The notes under the pieces are model-generated. The model was not told where the DNA came from. It searched no databases and saw nothing but the letters and a program-made list of their open reading frames with translations. Of a DNA stretch of 64,000 bases, positions 43,235 to 53,584 are shown one piece after another. The stretch spans positions 25,964 to 89,963 of IMG/VR virus record IMGVR_UViG_3300048580_000526; one strand, 5' to 3'. The translations under genes were made by a program, and so were the position numbers. Within the stretch, counting starts at the first letter, position 1; each line of letters begins with the position of its first letter. The stretch is from a virus.

Positions 43235-44146
43235 ATGATTTATCAAAAGATGATGATGGGTAGTGCGAGTAATTCTACTGGGAAATTTGTTTTATTTAAT
43301 AAAACTTCTGGTAGAGTTGCGACATCATTGGATGGTATTACTTGGGTTTCGGGTGATACACCTTTTACTACAGCAGGAAAAACAATTGCTGGTTTTAGTG
43401 CTGGAAATGGGATGTATGTTGCTGGTTCAAATGCATCTGGTGCATTTACTTGTTATTCAATGGATGGGTTAAATTGGACACAATGCCCAACTTCTTATAA
43501 TATGGAATGTTGTGCATATTCAAAAGAATTAGGAATGTGGGTATCAGGAACATATTATTATTCAACACAAGCAGCAAAATCAACCGATGGTATAAATTGG
43601 ACTCCAACAACCAATGTTCAAATCCAGGCAGTAACTGCATTTAACGGAAAATTTGTTGCGTCTTACACCGGATATGGAACCGGGTATACTTCTATTGATG
43701 GTATCAATTGGGTTAACACTTGGAATATGCCATCATCCGGAGGGGAACCTAGTGTGGCAAACGGAATTTGTTTTACTTGGACTGCAAATAACGATAATGG
43801 CTGGCATAATTTGTGGGGATACAAATCGCTAGATGGTACTACTTTTTCATATGATGCAAATTTACCAAATAATATATTCAGTATGATTTATGTTAATGGG
43901 GCATATTTTTCTGGTGCAAGATTTGGGTGGAATAGTTCGAATTATAAATCAACAGATGGTGTAAATTGGACTACGTTGGTTGTTCCAGCAGTGTTTTCAA
44001 AAATATTTACTAATGGTGTTAATTTAGTTGGGTTCGTTGCTAATGGTTCCGTGTATTATTCGACCGATTGGGGTAATAGTTGGGTTTCAGCAGGTCAACC
44101 AGCAGGTGCTGGTAATGGCGAAAACTATACAGTTTTATATGGTTAA
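43235..44146 (+). CDS. beta-propeller (S.DG..W repeat) putative receptor-binding protein
   Basis: About seven S-x-D-G-x-x-W repeats (Asp-box-like); MIYQKMMMG N-terminus. Confidence 0.6.
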   Translation: MIYQKMMMGSASNSTGKFVLFNKTSGRVATSLDGITWVSGDTPFTTAGKTIAGFSAGNGMYVAGSNASGAFTCYSMDGLNWTQCPTSYNMECCAYSKELGMWVSGTYYYSTQAAKSTDGINWTPTTNVQIQAVTAFNGKFVASYTGYGTGYTSIDGINWVNTWNMPSSGGEPSVANGICFTWTANNDNGWHNLWGYKSLDGTTFSYDANLPNNIFSMIYVNGAYFSGARFGWNSSNYKSTDGVNWTTLVVPAVFSKIFTNGVNLVGFVANGSVYYSTDWGNSWVSAGQPAGAGNGENYTVLYG

Positions 44147-44150
44147 ATTA

Positions 44151-44182
44151 ATTAACACCAATGTTAATTAAAAAGATAAATA
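44151..44182 (+). promoter_or_regulatory. late promoter with upstream palindrome
   Basis: ATTAACA-CCAA-TGTTAAT 44151-68, 6 nt, GATAAATA 44175-82. Confidence 0.7.
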
Positions 44183-44215
44183 ACCATATGAAATTATACA
44201 GAGGAAACTACTAAT

Positions 44216-45835
44216 ATGTCATATACGGTTAATAATTTTAATGGTTCATTTTTGACAACAATCAACGATGGTCAGACAGACACAACATCAACACCATTAC
44301 GTTTAATTGGGCGTGGTGTTGCAACCTATGGTGAAGCTATAGCGGAAAATTTCGTTCATATGTTAGAAAATTTCGCAAGAACCACCCCACCATCTAATCC
44401 ATTAATTGGGCAATTCTGGTATCACATTGACGCTAATGGCTCTGGCAATCACATTATGAAAGTTTGTAAAAGTGTCAATCCAATATCTTGGGCTATATTA
44501 TCTGGTGTAGTGTCAAGTCAAGGTGGCGGGTTAAATCTTTCTTCTGGGTTCCCAGCCAGTCCTCATGATGGGGATATTTTTTGGGATGGGCATCAACTCT
44601 GGGTATGGGATGACACAGATTCAGTATGGACACTTATAGGTCCAATGTCAACACCAACGCAAAACACACAAATGTTATTTGATGGTAATTTGGTTTCAGA
44701 TGGTACCCATTTTTATAATGTTATTAAAGTTGTAATCAACGGTAAAATTGTGGCAATATATTCTGATTCGTTGACAAGTTTTATTCCATCACCTGCTATT
44801 AATGATGGTAAGGGGAATACTAATAGTTTTCCAAGAATTACTGGTGGGTTGAACTTGCATTCAGATTATGCCAGCACAGCTTTATATGCACCATTGGCTG
44901 CAAGTTCACAACCAACTGTTAATAATAGTTTTGATTTTGGTTCGTCTACTAATAAATGGAAAACTATATATTGTAATACACTAAGCGCAACCAACTTGAC
45001 AGTTAATGGGACAACTTTTGATATATCAAATGTTATGCATAATAACACTTCTAACAACCCAACAACATCAGGTTTAAATTTTGGAACAGCCACCACACCA
45101 TTTGGTACACTTTATACTAAAAATGTTATATTGACGGATGACCCCCAAACAACTAATGTTGGTGATGCTCTTTTGACAATTCCATCTGGTACTACAGCCC
45201 AACGTCCAACTACTGCTGGCATTGGTACTATAAGATTTAATACTACTACTTCTGTTTTTGAAGGGAAAAATTCATCTGCTTGGGTATCATTGCTTGATAG
45301 CTCAACAGCATCAACCACTTATTTACCAAAATCTGGTGGGACGATGACTGGATTATTGACCTTGGCATCAAATCCTGTTGGTAATCTTGACGCAGCTCCA
45401 AAACAATATGTTGATACTTTTTATCCAAAAACTGGTGGTGTTATCACAGGTGCTGTTACAGTTAATGGTGCTGTTTCCATTTCTGGTGCTACAACATTGA
45501 CACAAATTAATGAAACTAAAGTCATCCCTACTATTAGTTCTGGTGCTATAACGTTAAATTTGGCGAATGGTACAATGTTCGCAGTAACGTTGACTTCTAA
45601 TATTACCACTATAACATTTACCAACGTTCCAACTGCTGGCAACGTTGCGTCCATTTCATTATTCTTGACTCAAGATGCTACAGGAAGTCGTTCTGTGTCA
45701 TGGCCAGCCAGTGTTAAATTCGCAGGTACCGCCCCAACATTATCCAGTACAGCTTCCAAGACTGATATTTTGACTTTGGTATCACATGATGGTGGGGTAA
45801 CATGGTTTGGTATGTTAGCAGGAAAAGGATTTTAA
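44216..45835 (+). CDS. tail fibre protein 4
   Basis: Shared anchor; close paralog of 39978..41498; DAAPKQYVD; LTQDATGSRSVSWP. Confidence 0.75.
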   Translation: MSYTVNNFNGSFLTTINDGQTDTTSTPLRLIGRGVATYGEAIAENFVHMLENFARTTPPSNPLIGQFWYHIDANGSGNHIMKVCKSVNPISWAILSGVVSSQGGGLNLSSGFPASPHDGDIFWDGHQLWVWDDTDSVWTLIGPMSTPTQNTQMLFDGNLVSDGTHFYNVIKVVINGKIVAIYSDSLTSFIPSPAINDGKGNTNSFPRITGGLNLHSDYASTALYAPLAASSQPTVNNSFDFGSSTNKWKTIYCNTLSATNLTVNGTTFDISNVMHNNTSNNPTTSGLNFGTATTPFGTLYTKNVILTDDPQTTNVGDALLTIPSGTTAQRPTTAGIGTIRFNTTTSVFEGKNSSAWVSLLDSSTASTTYLPKSGGTMTGLLTLASNPVGNLDAAPKQYVDTFYPKTGGVITGAVTVNGAVSISGATTLTQINETKVIPTISSGAITLNLANGTMFAVTLTSNITTITFTNVPTAGNVASISLFLTQDATGSRSVSWPASVKFAGTAPTLSSTASKTDILTLVSHDGGVTWFGMLAGKGF

Positions 45836-45848
45836 TGGGGATTAGAAA

Positions 45849-46766
45849 ATGGCAATGACAAAATTGGATTATGTGTTGGTTAATGGTTTAGGGGTCGCAG
45901 CCCAACTGGATGTTGGTACTACAGCCAATAATCTTATACATTTGGATAGTAATGGAAAATTACCAGCCATTGATGCCAGTCAATTGACTAATTTAACAGC
46001 TACAAATTTCACCACAGGTGCATTACCTACAGCACAAATGAATAATATTGATGCAAGTAAATTTACAACAGGAACTTTATCTGCGTCAATGATTCCAAAT
46101 ATTCCAGTATCAAAATTGAATTCTGGAACATCTGCATCATCTGGTAGTTTTTGGCGTGGTGATGGTACTTGGTCCACACCAGCGACGACAGGTGGAAATT
46201 ATGCTTTTGTGACTTCCCTTAATATAACTGGTGGTACTACTGTTGATTTTAATCTTCAATTTCAATCTGGGTATGATTATATTTTTGTTCTTGATGGTGT
46301 AAATTCTGTTGCGAATGACGCCTCTACTATTGATAGATTGTGTGTTCTTTTTGGTTATGGGACAACACCAACTTATACCAATTCAGGTTACACTACTGGG
46401 GGGCAAGGTTTAACGTCAAGAGATAGTGGCGCAAGAACTTGGGAATCAAACGATAATTCTACTGCAACAATAAATTTAGGTCTTGGTGCAAAATGCCAAG
46501 GATATTATAGCGGTGTAAATGGTGGTGGTATATCTGGGACTTTACATTTAACACACCCAGCAGAAGGATCGCCAAGAGGGTATATTTCTGGATTATTATC
46601 TTTTGGTTTTAGGGATGGTACTATTGGGCAAGGCAATTTTGGTACTGCTGCTGGAATGACAGCAGGTGCTGTATCTGCTATTAGATTTTTTTGGTATAAT
46701 TCTTCTTACCCAACTGTTAATTTTTATAATGGTAAGATTAACGTTTATAAAGTATCAAAGGTATAA
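45849..46766 (+). CDS. fibre tip subunit, paralog a
   Basis: MTKL...LDSNGKLPAIDASQLTNL...SFWRGDGTW...FNLQFQSGYDYIF..FGYGTTPTY. Confidence 0.6.
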   Translation: MAMTKLDYVLVNGLGVAAQLDVGTTANNLIHLDSNGKLPAIDASQLTNLTATNFTTGALPTAQMNNIDASKFTTGTLSASMIPNIPVSKLNSGTSASSGSFWRGDGTWSTPATTGGNYAFVTSLNITGGTTVDFNLQFQSGYDYIFVLDGVNSVANDASTIDRLCVLFGYGTTPTYTNSGYTTGGQGLTSRDSGARTWESNDNSTATINLGLGAKCQGYYSGVNGGGISGTLHLTHPAEGSPRGYISGLLSFGFRDGTIGQGNFGTAAGMTAGAVSAIRFFWYNSSYPTVNFYNGKINVYKVSKV

Positions 46767-46780
46767 CAGGAGAATAAAAA

Positions 46781-47692
46781 ATGTCATTAACTAAATTGAG
46801 TACAAATATGATTAATAATTTAGGGAGTTCAGCCCTATTATCTCCAGGTATTTCTGCTAACTCATTATTACAATTAGACAGTAACGCAAAAATCCCAGCA
46901 GTTGATGCAAGCCAATTGACTAATTTAACCCCTGCTAATGTTATTGGTACTGTGGCTAATACAAATTTACCAAACATGGATGTTAGTAAAATCACATCTG
47001 GGACATTACCATCAACAGTGTTACCAAATATTCCAGTGTCAAAATTGAATTCAGGTACCAATGCATCAGCATCAACATTTTGGCGAGGTGATGGGACATG
47101 GGCGTCTCCGACTGTAGCTGCTGGTGGGGCAATGCAATTTGTGACCAGTGTGGTAACATCTGGTATTAATACTATTGACTTCAATCTTCAATTCCAAGCT
47201 GGTTTTGATTATATTTTTATTTTTGATAGAGTTGTTGGTGCATCTGGGGATGGTGGGGACCAACACACTTTAGGGCTGAAATTTGGTTACGGGACCACCC
47301 CAACATATCAAGACAGTGGTTATTATGGGAATAGTATTGGTTCACAACAAGGTTATGCGTCTTCAAATTCTGCTGGTGGTTCTCAGCCTTGGTATTATGC
47401 AATATCGATGAATGAAATGGGTTCGTTGGGTGGTACTGGCGATGCTTCTGGTGGTGGCTATAACGGTTGGGTATATTTTAATAATCCAGGTGGCTCCCAA
47501 ACACCAACAATGACTTTTGAAATGTCAAGCGGGGCAAGACCAAGTTATATTCGTTATTACCATGGGAATGTTAATAGAGGATATAATACTGGTCCAATTT
47601 CTGCTATTAGAGTTATGCATTGGTCATATTATTTTGGTAGTTTGAATTTTACCTTTGGGAATATCTATGTTTATAAATTGGCTAAATCATAA
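46781..47692 (+). CDS. fibre tip subunit, paralog b
   Basis: Same architecture as paralog a with a divergent C-terminal half. Confidence 0.6.
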   Translation: MSLTKLSTNMINNLGSSALLSPGISANSLLQLDSNAKIPAVDASQLTNLTPANVIGTVANTNLPNMDVSKITSGTLPSTVLPNIPVSKLNSGTNASASTFWRGDGTWASPTVAAGGAMQFVTSVVTSGINTIDFNLQFQAGFDYIFIFDRVVGASGDGGDQHTLGLKFGYGTTPTYQDSGYYGNSIGSQQGYASSNSAGGSQPWYYAISMNEMGSLGGTGDASGGGYNGWVYFNNPGGSQTPTMTFEMSSGARPSYIRYYHGNVNRGYNTGPISAIRVMHWSYYFGSLNFTFGNIYVYKLAKS

Positions 47693-47706
47693 TTGGAGAA
47701 TTAAAA

Positions 47707-48573
47707 ATGACTTTAACTAAATTAGATTTGAGTTTAATAAATGGAGTTGGAACATCGTCTGCTTTCAATGCAGGAACGTCAGCCAACAATATTGTCCAAC
47801 TTGACGGTAACGCAAAAATCCCACCATTGGATGGTAGCCAATTGACCAATTTGAATGCACCAAATATAACTGGAACATTAGCTTCTTCTAATATCCCAAA
47901 CATTGATGCTGCAAAGATCACAACAGGGTTGTTCTCTACAAGCGCAATCCCGGCAATCCCAGTTTCAAAATTTAACGCTGGTTTGAATGCATCATCATCT
48001 ACATATTGGAGGGGTGATACAACTTGGGCACTACCAACTGGTTCTGCTGGAACATATTCATTTTTGTCAAGTGTTAATGCTACAAGTGGTGCTTCGGTTA
48101 ATTTGAATTTACAATTCCAAGCTAATCTTGATTATATGTTTATTCTTGATGAAATTATTAATCCAGCACAAGGCACAGCGAATTTATGTTGTGAATATGG
48201 TTATGGAACAACTCCAACATATCAAACATCAGGGTATTATATTGTTCGTTATGGTGGTTCAACTAATAATCCTGGTTATTCATATGATATTGGCGAACTT
48301 GAGTATGTGTCATCCTCTAATACATTTGATAATTCATTTAATGGAAATATTATTAATGGGAGATTTAAAATGATATCCCCAGCAACATCCACAAGACCAT
48401 TATTAATGGGTAATATGACTTATATATCGACTGGTAGTACAATGTGGTACAGTACATTTACAATATCAAGAGATGTTGCATCAGGACCAATTTCTGCATT
48501 AAGATTTTATTGGAGTAATGGTGGTTCATTTAGTGGTGGAAAAATTTATATTTATACATTAGCAAAATCATAA
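47707..48573 (+). CDS. fibre tip subunit, paralog c
   Basis: Same architecture as paralog a with a divergent C-terminal half. Confidence 0.6.
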   Translation: MTLTKLDLSLINGVGTSSAFNAGTSANNIVQLDGNAKIPPLDGSQLTNLNAPNITGTLASSNIPNIDAAKITTGLFSTSAIPAIPVSKFNAGLNASSSTYWRGDTTWALPTGSAGTYSFLSSVNATSGASVNLNLQFQANLDYMFILDEIINPAQGTANLCCEYGYGTTPTYQTSGYYIVRYGGSTNNPGYSYDIGELEYVSSSNTFDNSFNGNIINGRFKMISPATSTRPLLMGNMTYISTGSTMWYSTFTISRDVASGPISALRFYWSNGGSFSGGKIYIYTLAKS

Positions 48574-48586
48574 TAGGAGAAAAAAT

Positions 48587-48844
48587 ATGACAAGTTCGAT
48601 TATAGTAAATCCAGATGGAACAGTAACCACAAGAGAGTGGACACAAGAAGAAATAGCTGCTGCAGCAGCCCAACATGAAGCTACAAAGGTTGAAATGGCA
48701 ATATTTGAAATTCAAAATCAAATTCGTTCATTGGAAGCCACAGTTACTCCAAGACGTTTGCGTGATGCAATATTGGGAACTGATAATGGCTGGCTTGCAA
48801 ATGTTGAAACACAAATTGATGCATTAAGGGCACAATTAAATTAA
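48587..48844 (+). CDS. tail fibre chaperone-like protein
   Basis: REWTQEEIA...LEATVTPRRLRDAILG..WL..VETQIDALRAQL; position after the tip genes. Confidence 0.55.
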   Translation: MTSSIIVNPDGTVTTREWTQEEIAAAAAQHEATKVEMAIFEIQNQIRSLEATVTPRRLRDAILGTDNGWLANVETQIDALRAQLN

Positions 48845-48895
48845 CTATATGTTTTATTTTTTGATAAATAAAATAAAACTAATGAGGATACAAAT

Positions 48896-50542
48896 ATGTC
48901 ATATACAGTGAATAATTTTAACGGATTACTATTAACCACAATCAACGATGGTCAGGTTGACACAACCTCTTCACCATTGCAACTTCTTGGTAAAGGCATC
49001 CCAAATTACGGTGAAGCCATTGCAGAAAACTTTGTCCATCTTTTGGAAAATTTCGCAAGAACCTCCCCTCCACCAAACCCATTGATCGGGCAGTTTTGGT
49101 ATCACATTGATGCTAATGGTGTAGGCAACCATGTTATGAAAGTTTGTAAGAACACTTCACCTGTTTCTTGGGTTGTTCTTTCTGGTGTGGTCACAGGTCA
49201 AGGGACCGGGACTTCTTCAGGATTCCCAGCAGCCCCTGTTGACGGTGATCTTTATTGGGACGGACACCAATTATGGGCTTGGGATAATGGACAATCAAAG
49301 TGGATTCTTATCGCCCCAATGTCCACCCCATCTGAAAACACCTTCGTTTCATTCCAAGGTGATTTGGTATCTGATGGTACTCGTTTTTATAACATCATTA
49401 AAATAGTGGTCAATGGAAAAATCATCGCTATATTCTCTGATAACACAACATCATTCACCCCAAATCCAGCTATTGACGATGGTAAGGGTAATTTGACAAG
49501 TTTTCCAGTTATGTATGGTGGTATGACACTTCACGCAGATTATTTGAATCTTACCCCATATGCCCCATTGAATGCATCATCCCATCCAACAGTTGACAAG
49601 ACTTATGACTTTGGTGCATCAAATTTTAGATGGAAGACTATGTACGCCGACGTTATAGACACAAATTCTTTGAAAGTTTCTGGCTCTACAATTCCAGTAA
49701 GTTCTTTCATGCGTTTAGATTTAACCAACGTCCCAACTGATCCATTGTTGAATTTAGGTTCTACAACGAATCCTTGGGGAACATCATATATGAAATCACT
49801 CTTTTTGATTGACGATCCAAGCCAATTAAATTCTGGTGATGGTGTACTTCAAATACCAGTTGGTACTACAGCACAACGTCCAGCTGGTGCTAATGCTGGG
49901 ACAATTCGTTATAACACTACCATATCATCATTTGAAGGAAAGGGTGGTTCAGGGCAATGGTCATCATTGGGTGGCGTTAAAGACGTTGATGGTGATACTT
50001 TTATTAGTGCTGAAAACTCTCCAGGTGCAAATAACAATGAGTTAAAATTTGTAGCTGGTAACACACAACGTTTAGTTATGGGTTCCACAACTTCAACATT
50101 TTATGGGACTTGGACATTGGCAACTGGTGCAACAATGCAAACCACTCTTGCCGATTTGGCTGAAAGATATGCTGTTGATAATATTGTTGAGCCAGGTGAT
50201 GTTGTGAAGATTGGTGGTGATGCTGAAATCACTAAAACCACTTCAAGATATGATACTGATGTTTTTGGTGTTATATCTGACACAGCTGCATTAAAGATGA
50301 ATTGCGAAGCTGGTTCTGATAAAACCCATCCATATGTTGCATTGTCAGGACGAGTAATGGTTAAAGTTACAGGTCCAGTTACAAAAGGACAACGTTTGGT
50401 ATCAAGTAGTGTGCCGGGTGTTGCAATGGCAATTTCGAGTTCAGATGCCAGTGAAAACATTTTAGCGATTATCGGTAGAGCACTTGAGTCCAGTAATATA
50501 ACTGGGATAAAATTGATTGAGACTGTTGTTGGGGCGAAGTAA
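48896..50542 (+). CDS. tail fibre protein 5 with C-terminal intramolecular-chaperone (peptidase G2-like) domain
   Basis: Shared anchor; GGVKDVDGDTFI; ADLAERY...GDVV...VFGVIS...VALSGRVMVKV...IIGRALE. Confidence 0.75.
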   Translation: MSYTVNNFNGLLLTTINDGQVDTTSSPLQLLGKGIPNYGEAIAENFVHLLENFARTSPPPNPLIGQFWYHIDANGVGNHVMKVCKNTSPVSWVVLSGVVTGQGTGTSSGFPAAPVDGDLYWDGHQLWAWDNGQSKWILIAPMSTPSENTFVSFQGDLVSDGTRFYNIIKIVVNGKIIAIFSDNTTSFTPNPAIDDGKGNLTSFPVMYGGMTLHADYLNLTPYAPLNASSHPTVDKTYDFGASNFRWKTMYADVIDTNSLKVSGSTIPVSSFMRLDLTNVPTDPLLNLGSTTNPWGTSYMKSLFLIDDPSQLNSGDGVLQIPVGTTAQRPAGANAGTIRYNTTISSFEGKGGSGQWSSLGGVKDVDGDTFISAENSPGANNNELKFVAGNTQRLVMGSTTSTFYGTWTLATGATMQTTLADLAERYAVDNIVEPGDVVKIGGDAEITKTTSRYDTDVFGVISDTAALKMNCEAGSDKTHPYVALSGRVMVKVTGPVTKGQRLVSSSVPGVAMAISSSDASENILAIIGRALESSNITGIKLIETVVGAK

Positions 50543-50548
50543 TTTTTT

Positions 50549-50589
50549 GATAAATATATCTTGACAACGATAAAAAGTCCACCTACTAT
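50549..50589 (+). promoter_or_regulatory. tandem late box and sigma70 promoter for the GGDEF-EAL gene
   Basis: GATAAATA 50549-56; TTGACA 50561-66, N17, TACTAT 50584-89. Confidence 0.6.
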
Positions 50590-50612
50590 GATAGGATGGG
50601 AGTTGAGGTATT

Positions 50613-53072
50613 ATGTTAAAAAATATGATCCAAATATGGCAGAAAGCCGCACAACACACAACAGAGGGTATTTTTGTGACCACTGTTGATGGGGATATTG
50701 TGTGGGTTAACGAAACATTTTCCCATATTACAGGTTATTCTTCAGCAGAAGCTGTTGGTAAAAACCCAAGATTATTTCAGTACAATGACGGGACAGAAAA
50801 AAAGAAACTGTCTTGGCGTTCATTATGGGTAACTATTTTGGCTGGGAAACTTTGGCGAGCTGAAGTGACGAATAGAAAAAAGAATGGTGACTTATACACT
50901 TGCATCCAAACCATTGTCCCAATATTTGAACAAAATTCAACCAAAATAGAATATTTCGTTGCGATTCATAATGACATAACCGACAAAAGAAGTATAGAAT
51001 ATAATGTACAAATGCGAACCAACCAATTAGAGTTGGCACAGGATATTGCGAAATTGGGTTATTGGGAATGGAATGCTTTAACCAACGAGTTCCATTGGAG
51101 TGATAGAACTTATGAAATTTTTGGAGTTGAAAAAGAAACATTTAACCCTACAATGGAAAATATTCTTGGTTTAATAAGTGAAGATGGTGTTGACTTTTTT
51201 AGATCTTGGTTAAATAGGGCAGTATATGCAAGAGAAGATTTTATCATTGATATTAAAATTAAAAATGAAGATAGAATTATTTATTTAAATTTTGAGTCAA
51301 AGTGTGGTTTAGATGAAAATGGATTTGTCATAAACTTATCAGGTATTGTGCAAGATATTACAGTAAGAAAATTAATTGAAAAGAAATTAAACGAACAATT
51401 ATCATTTGTTCAAACAATGATTGAACATAATCCTAATGCACTCTATTATAAAGATGTTAATAATAGATTTATTGGTTGTAATTTACAATTTGAAAAACTA
51501 TACAATGTGGACAGAAAGGATATAATTGGTAAAACAAACTATGAAGTTTGGGGAAATAGATATAATAAAAAAATTGAAGAAATTGAGTTTGAGGCGTTTG
51601 AATCAAATCATCCAATTCAAACAGAAATTTTTAGTAAAAATATTAATAAAGATTTAATTTTTTCAATATCATCGTATGGTGATGGTGATGGGGAATCTAT
51701 TGGTATTGTTGGTACCATTATTGATATTAGTGAGCGTAAACAAAATGAAAATCAAATTAGATTCATGGCATTTCATGATAGTCTGACTGGTTTGGCTAAT
51801 AGATCAAATATTTATCAACAATTAGAAACACTTCTTTTTGTCAAAAAACAAGAAACCCATCGCCATAATGACAGTGATGATTACTTATCCATTCTCTTTT
51901 TAGACCTTGATCATTTTAAAAATATTAATGATACAATGGGGCATGATATTGGTGATTTATTATTGAAACAGGCAAGTTCCAGAATTCAATCTTGTCTGCG
52001 AAAAGATGATACCCTTGGGAGATTGGGCGGTGATGAATTTGTCATTTTGTGCCAAACCAAACAACCAGAAACAATTGCACAAAAAATAATCTCTGAAATG
52101 GCTACCCCATTTGATTTAAATGGTAATTTGGTTTATATTGGTGTTTCTATTGGTATCGCAATTTATCCAAAAGATGGTGATACAACTAAAGAATTAATGA
52201 AAAATGCAGATTTGGCTCTTTATAAAGCCAAAGAAGATGGGCGAAATACTTTTCATTTTTTCACAGAACAAATGAACATGACAATTCTTGAACGTAGACA
52301 GATAGAAGATGACATGAGGGCAGCAATTGAAAATAAACAATTTGAATTATATTATCAACCGAGGGTCGCTCTCAATGAGACTGGTTATGAAGTTGCAAGC
52401 GCAGAGTGTTTAATACGATGGAACCACCCAACGCTTGGATTGATTTTTCCAAATTCATTTATCAATATAGCAGAGTTGACAGGTTTGATAATACCATTGA
52501 GTGAATGGGTAATAGAAGAATCCATTAAATCGCTATCATTATGGGAAAATGCTCAACACCATCCAGTTATATTATCCATTAATATATCACCTGCACATTT
52601 TAAAACATCAACATTGGTTTCATATATTAAAACGACGTTGGAAAAATATAACGTTTCACCATGTTATTTAGAAATAGAAATTACAGAAAATGTTCTTCTT
52701 GAAAGATCAGAACAAATTATGGAAAATATTAGAGAATTAAAGTTTTTGGGTGTAAAAATGGCAATTGATGACTTTGGAACTGGATATTCATCAATGAATT
52801 ACTTACGAAAATTTAATGTTAACTGCTTGAAAATAGATAAAAGTTTTGTTGATGATTTGGGTATAAACCATGATTCAGAACTTATTGTTAATGCTATAAT
52901 TGGTTTGGCTAAAAATTTAAAAATTAGGTGTGTAGCTGAAGGTGTTGAAACCATTAGCCAATTAGAATATTTGGAAAATGAAGGTTGTGATGAAATTCAG
53001 GGATGGTATTTTTCCAAAGCTATAACTGAGAATAAATTTTTGCAATACGTTCGTGAATTTAATAAAATTTGA
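50613..53072 (+). CDS. PAS-PAS-PAS-GGDEF-EAL diguanylate cyclase / c-di-GMP phosphodiesterase
   Basis: Three PAS/PAC units each ending DIT/DIS.RK; HDSLTGLANR, DLDHFKNIND..GH..GD, RLGGDEF; YYQP, AECLIRW, EITE, DDFGTGYSS, KIDKSFV, VAEGVET, QGWYFSK. Confidence 0.95.
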   Translation: MLKNMIQIWQKAAQHTTEGIFVTTVDGDIVWVNETFSHITGYSSAEAVGKNPRLFQYNDGTEKKKLSWRSLWVTILAGKLWRAEVTNRKKNGDLYTCIQTIVPIFEQNSTKIEYFVAIHNDITDKRSIEYNVQMRTNQLELAQDIAKLGYWEWNALTNEFHWSDRTYEIFGVEKETFNPTMENILGLISEDGVDFFRSWLNRAVYAREDFIIDIKIKNEDRIIYLNFESKCGLDENGFVINLSGIVQDITVRKLIEKKLNEQLSFVQTMIEHNPNALYYKDVNNRFIGCNLQFEKLYNVDRKDIIGKTNYEVWGNRYNKKIEEIEFEAFESNHPIQTEIFSKNINKDLIFSISSYGDGDGESIGIVGTIIDISERKQNENQIRFMAFHDSLTGLANRSNIYQQLETLLFVKKQETHRHNDSDDYLSILFLDLDHFKNINDTMGHDIGDLLLKQASSRIQSCLRKDDTLGRLGGDEFVILCQTKQPETIAQKIISEMATPFDLNGNLVYIGVSIGIAIYPKDGDTTKELMKNADLALYKAKEDGRNTFHFFTEQMNMTILERRQIEDDMRAAIENKQFELYYQPRVALNETGYEVASAECLIRWNHPTLGLIFPNSFINIAELTGLIIPLSEWVIEESIKSLSLWENAQHHPVILSINISPAHFKTSTLVSYIKTTLEKYNVSPCYLEIEITENVLLERSEQIMENIRELKFLGVKMAIDDFGTGYSSMNYLRKFNVNCLKIDKSFVDDLGINHDSELIVNAIIGLAKNLKIRCVAEGVETISQLEYLENEGCDEIQGWYFSKAITENKFLQYVREFNKI

Positions 53073-53108
53073 TAAATAGTTTAAAGAACTATTTGGAGAA
53101 TTGATATT

Positions 53109-53522
53109 ATGCCAGTAACATATACGGGAATCACCAGAACCACATCATCCCCGATTTACACAGATTTTAACGTTTCATCATTCTTGGCTGAATGTAACGC
53201 CTTGAAAGCGTTATTGGTTCCTGGTGCATTATTGGATCACAATCTTCTTCGTCGTCTTCAGGTTGTTTACAATAATTTTGAAACCCATCGTCACACTGCT
53301 GCTGATCAATATTTCGTTGCCTATACTGGGTCTGGTAATCTTGGTGGGACTGATTCTGCTGGGACTATTACCACAACTGATCCTGTTGGGTTCAGTGCAT
53401 CCACTATAGCGGTATTATCTGGGACATTGGTTACTGCAGATTTGGTTGATGATTTTGTGTCCAAGATCAACGCTGCGAAAACCCATCTCCATAACGTTAC
53501 AGAAACATCAAACGCAAGTTAA
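53109..53522 (+). CDS. small late protein with two helix-HxH repeats
   Basis: GATAAATA box at about 53072-79; NNFETHRHTAAD and NAAKTHLHNVTE. Confidence 0.65.
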   Translation: MPVTYTGITRTTSSPIYTDFNVSSFLAECNALKALLVPGALLDHNLLRRLQVVYNNFETHRHTAADQYFVAYTGSGNLGGTDSAGTITTTDPVGFSASTIAVLSGTLVTADLVDDFVSKINAAKTHLHNVTETSNAS

Positions 53523-53584
53523 ATATTGAATGTTATGGTTAATATTTGGTATGATAAATAAATATAAAATAGGAGAATAAGATT

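Noticed and set aside
45849-48573. Diversity-generating retroelement or invertible shufflon acting on the tip genes
   Set aside because: No reverse transcriptase, template/variable repeat pair, invertase or inverted crossover sites are visible in the window.
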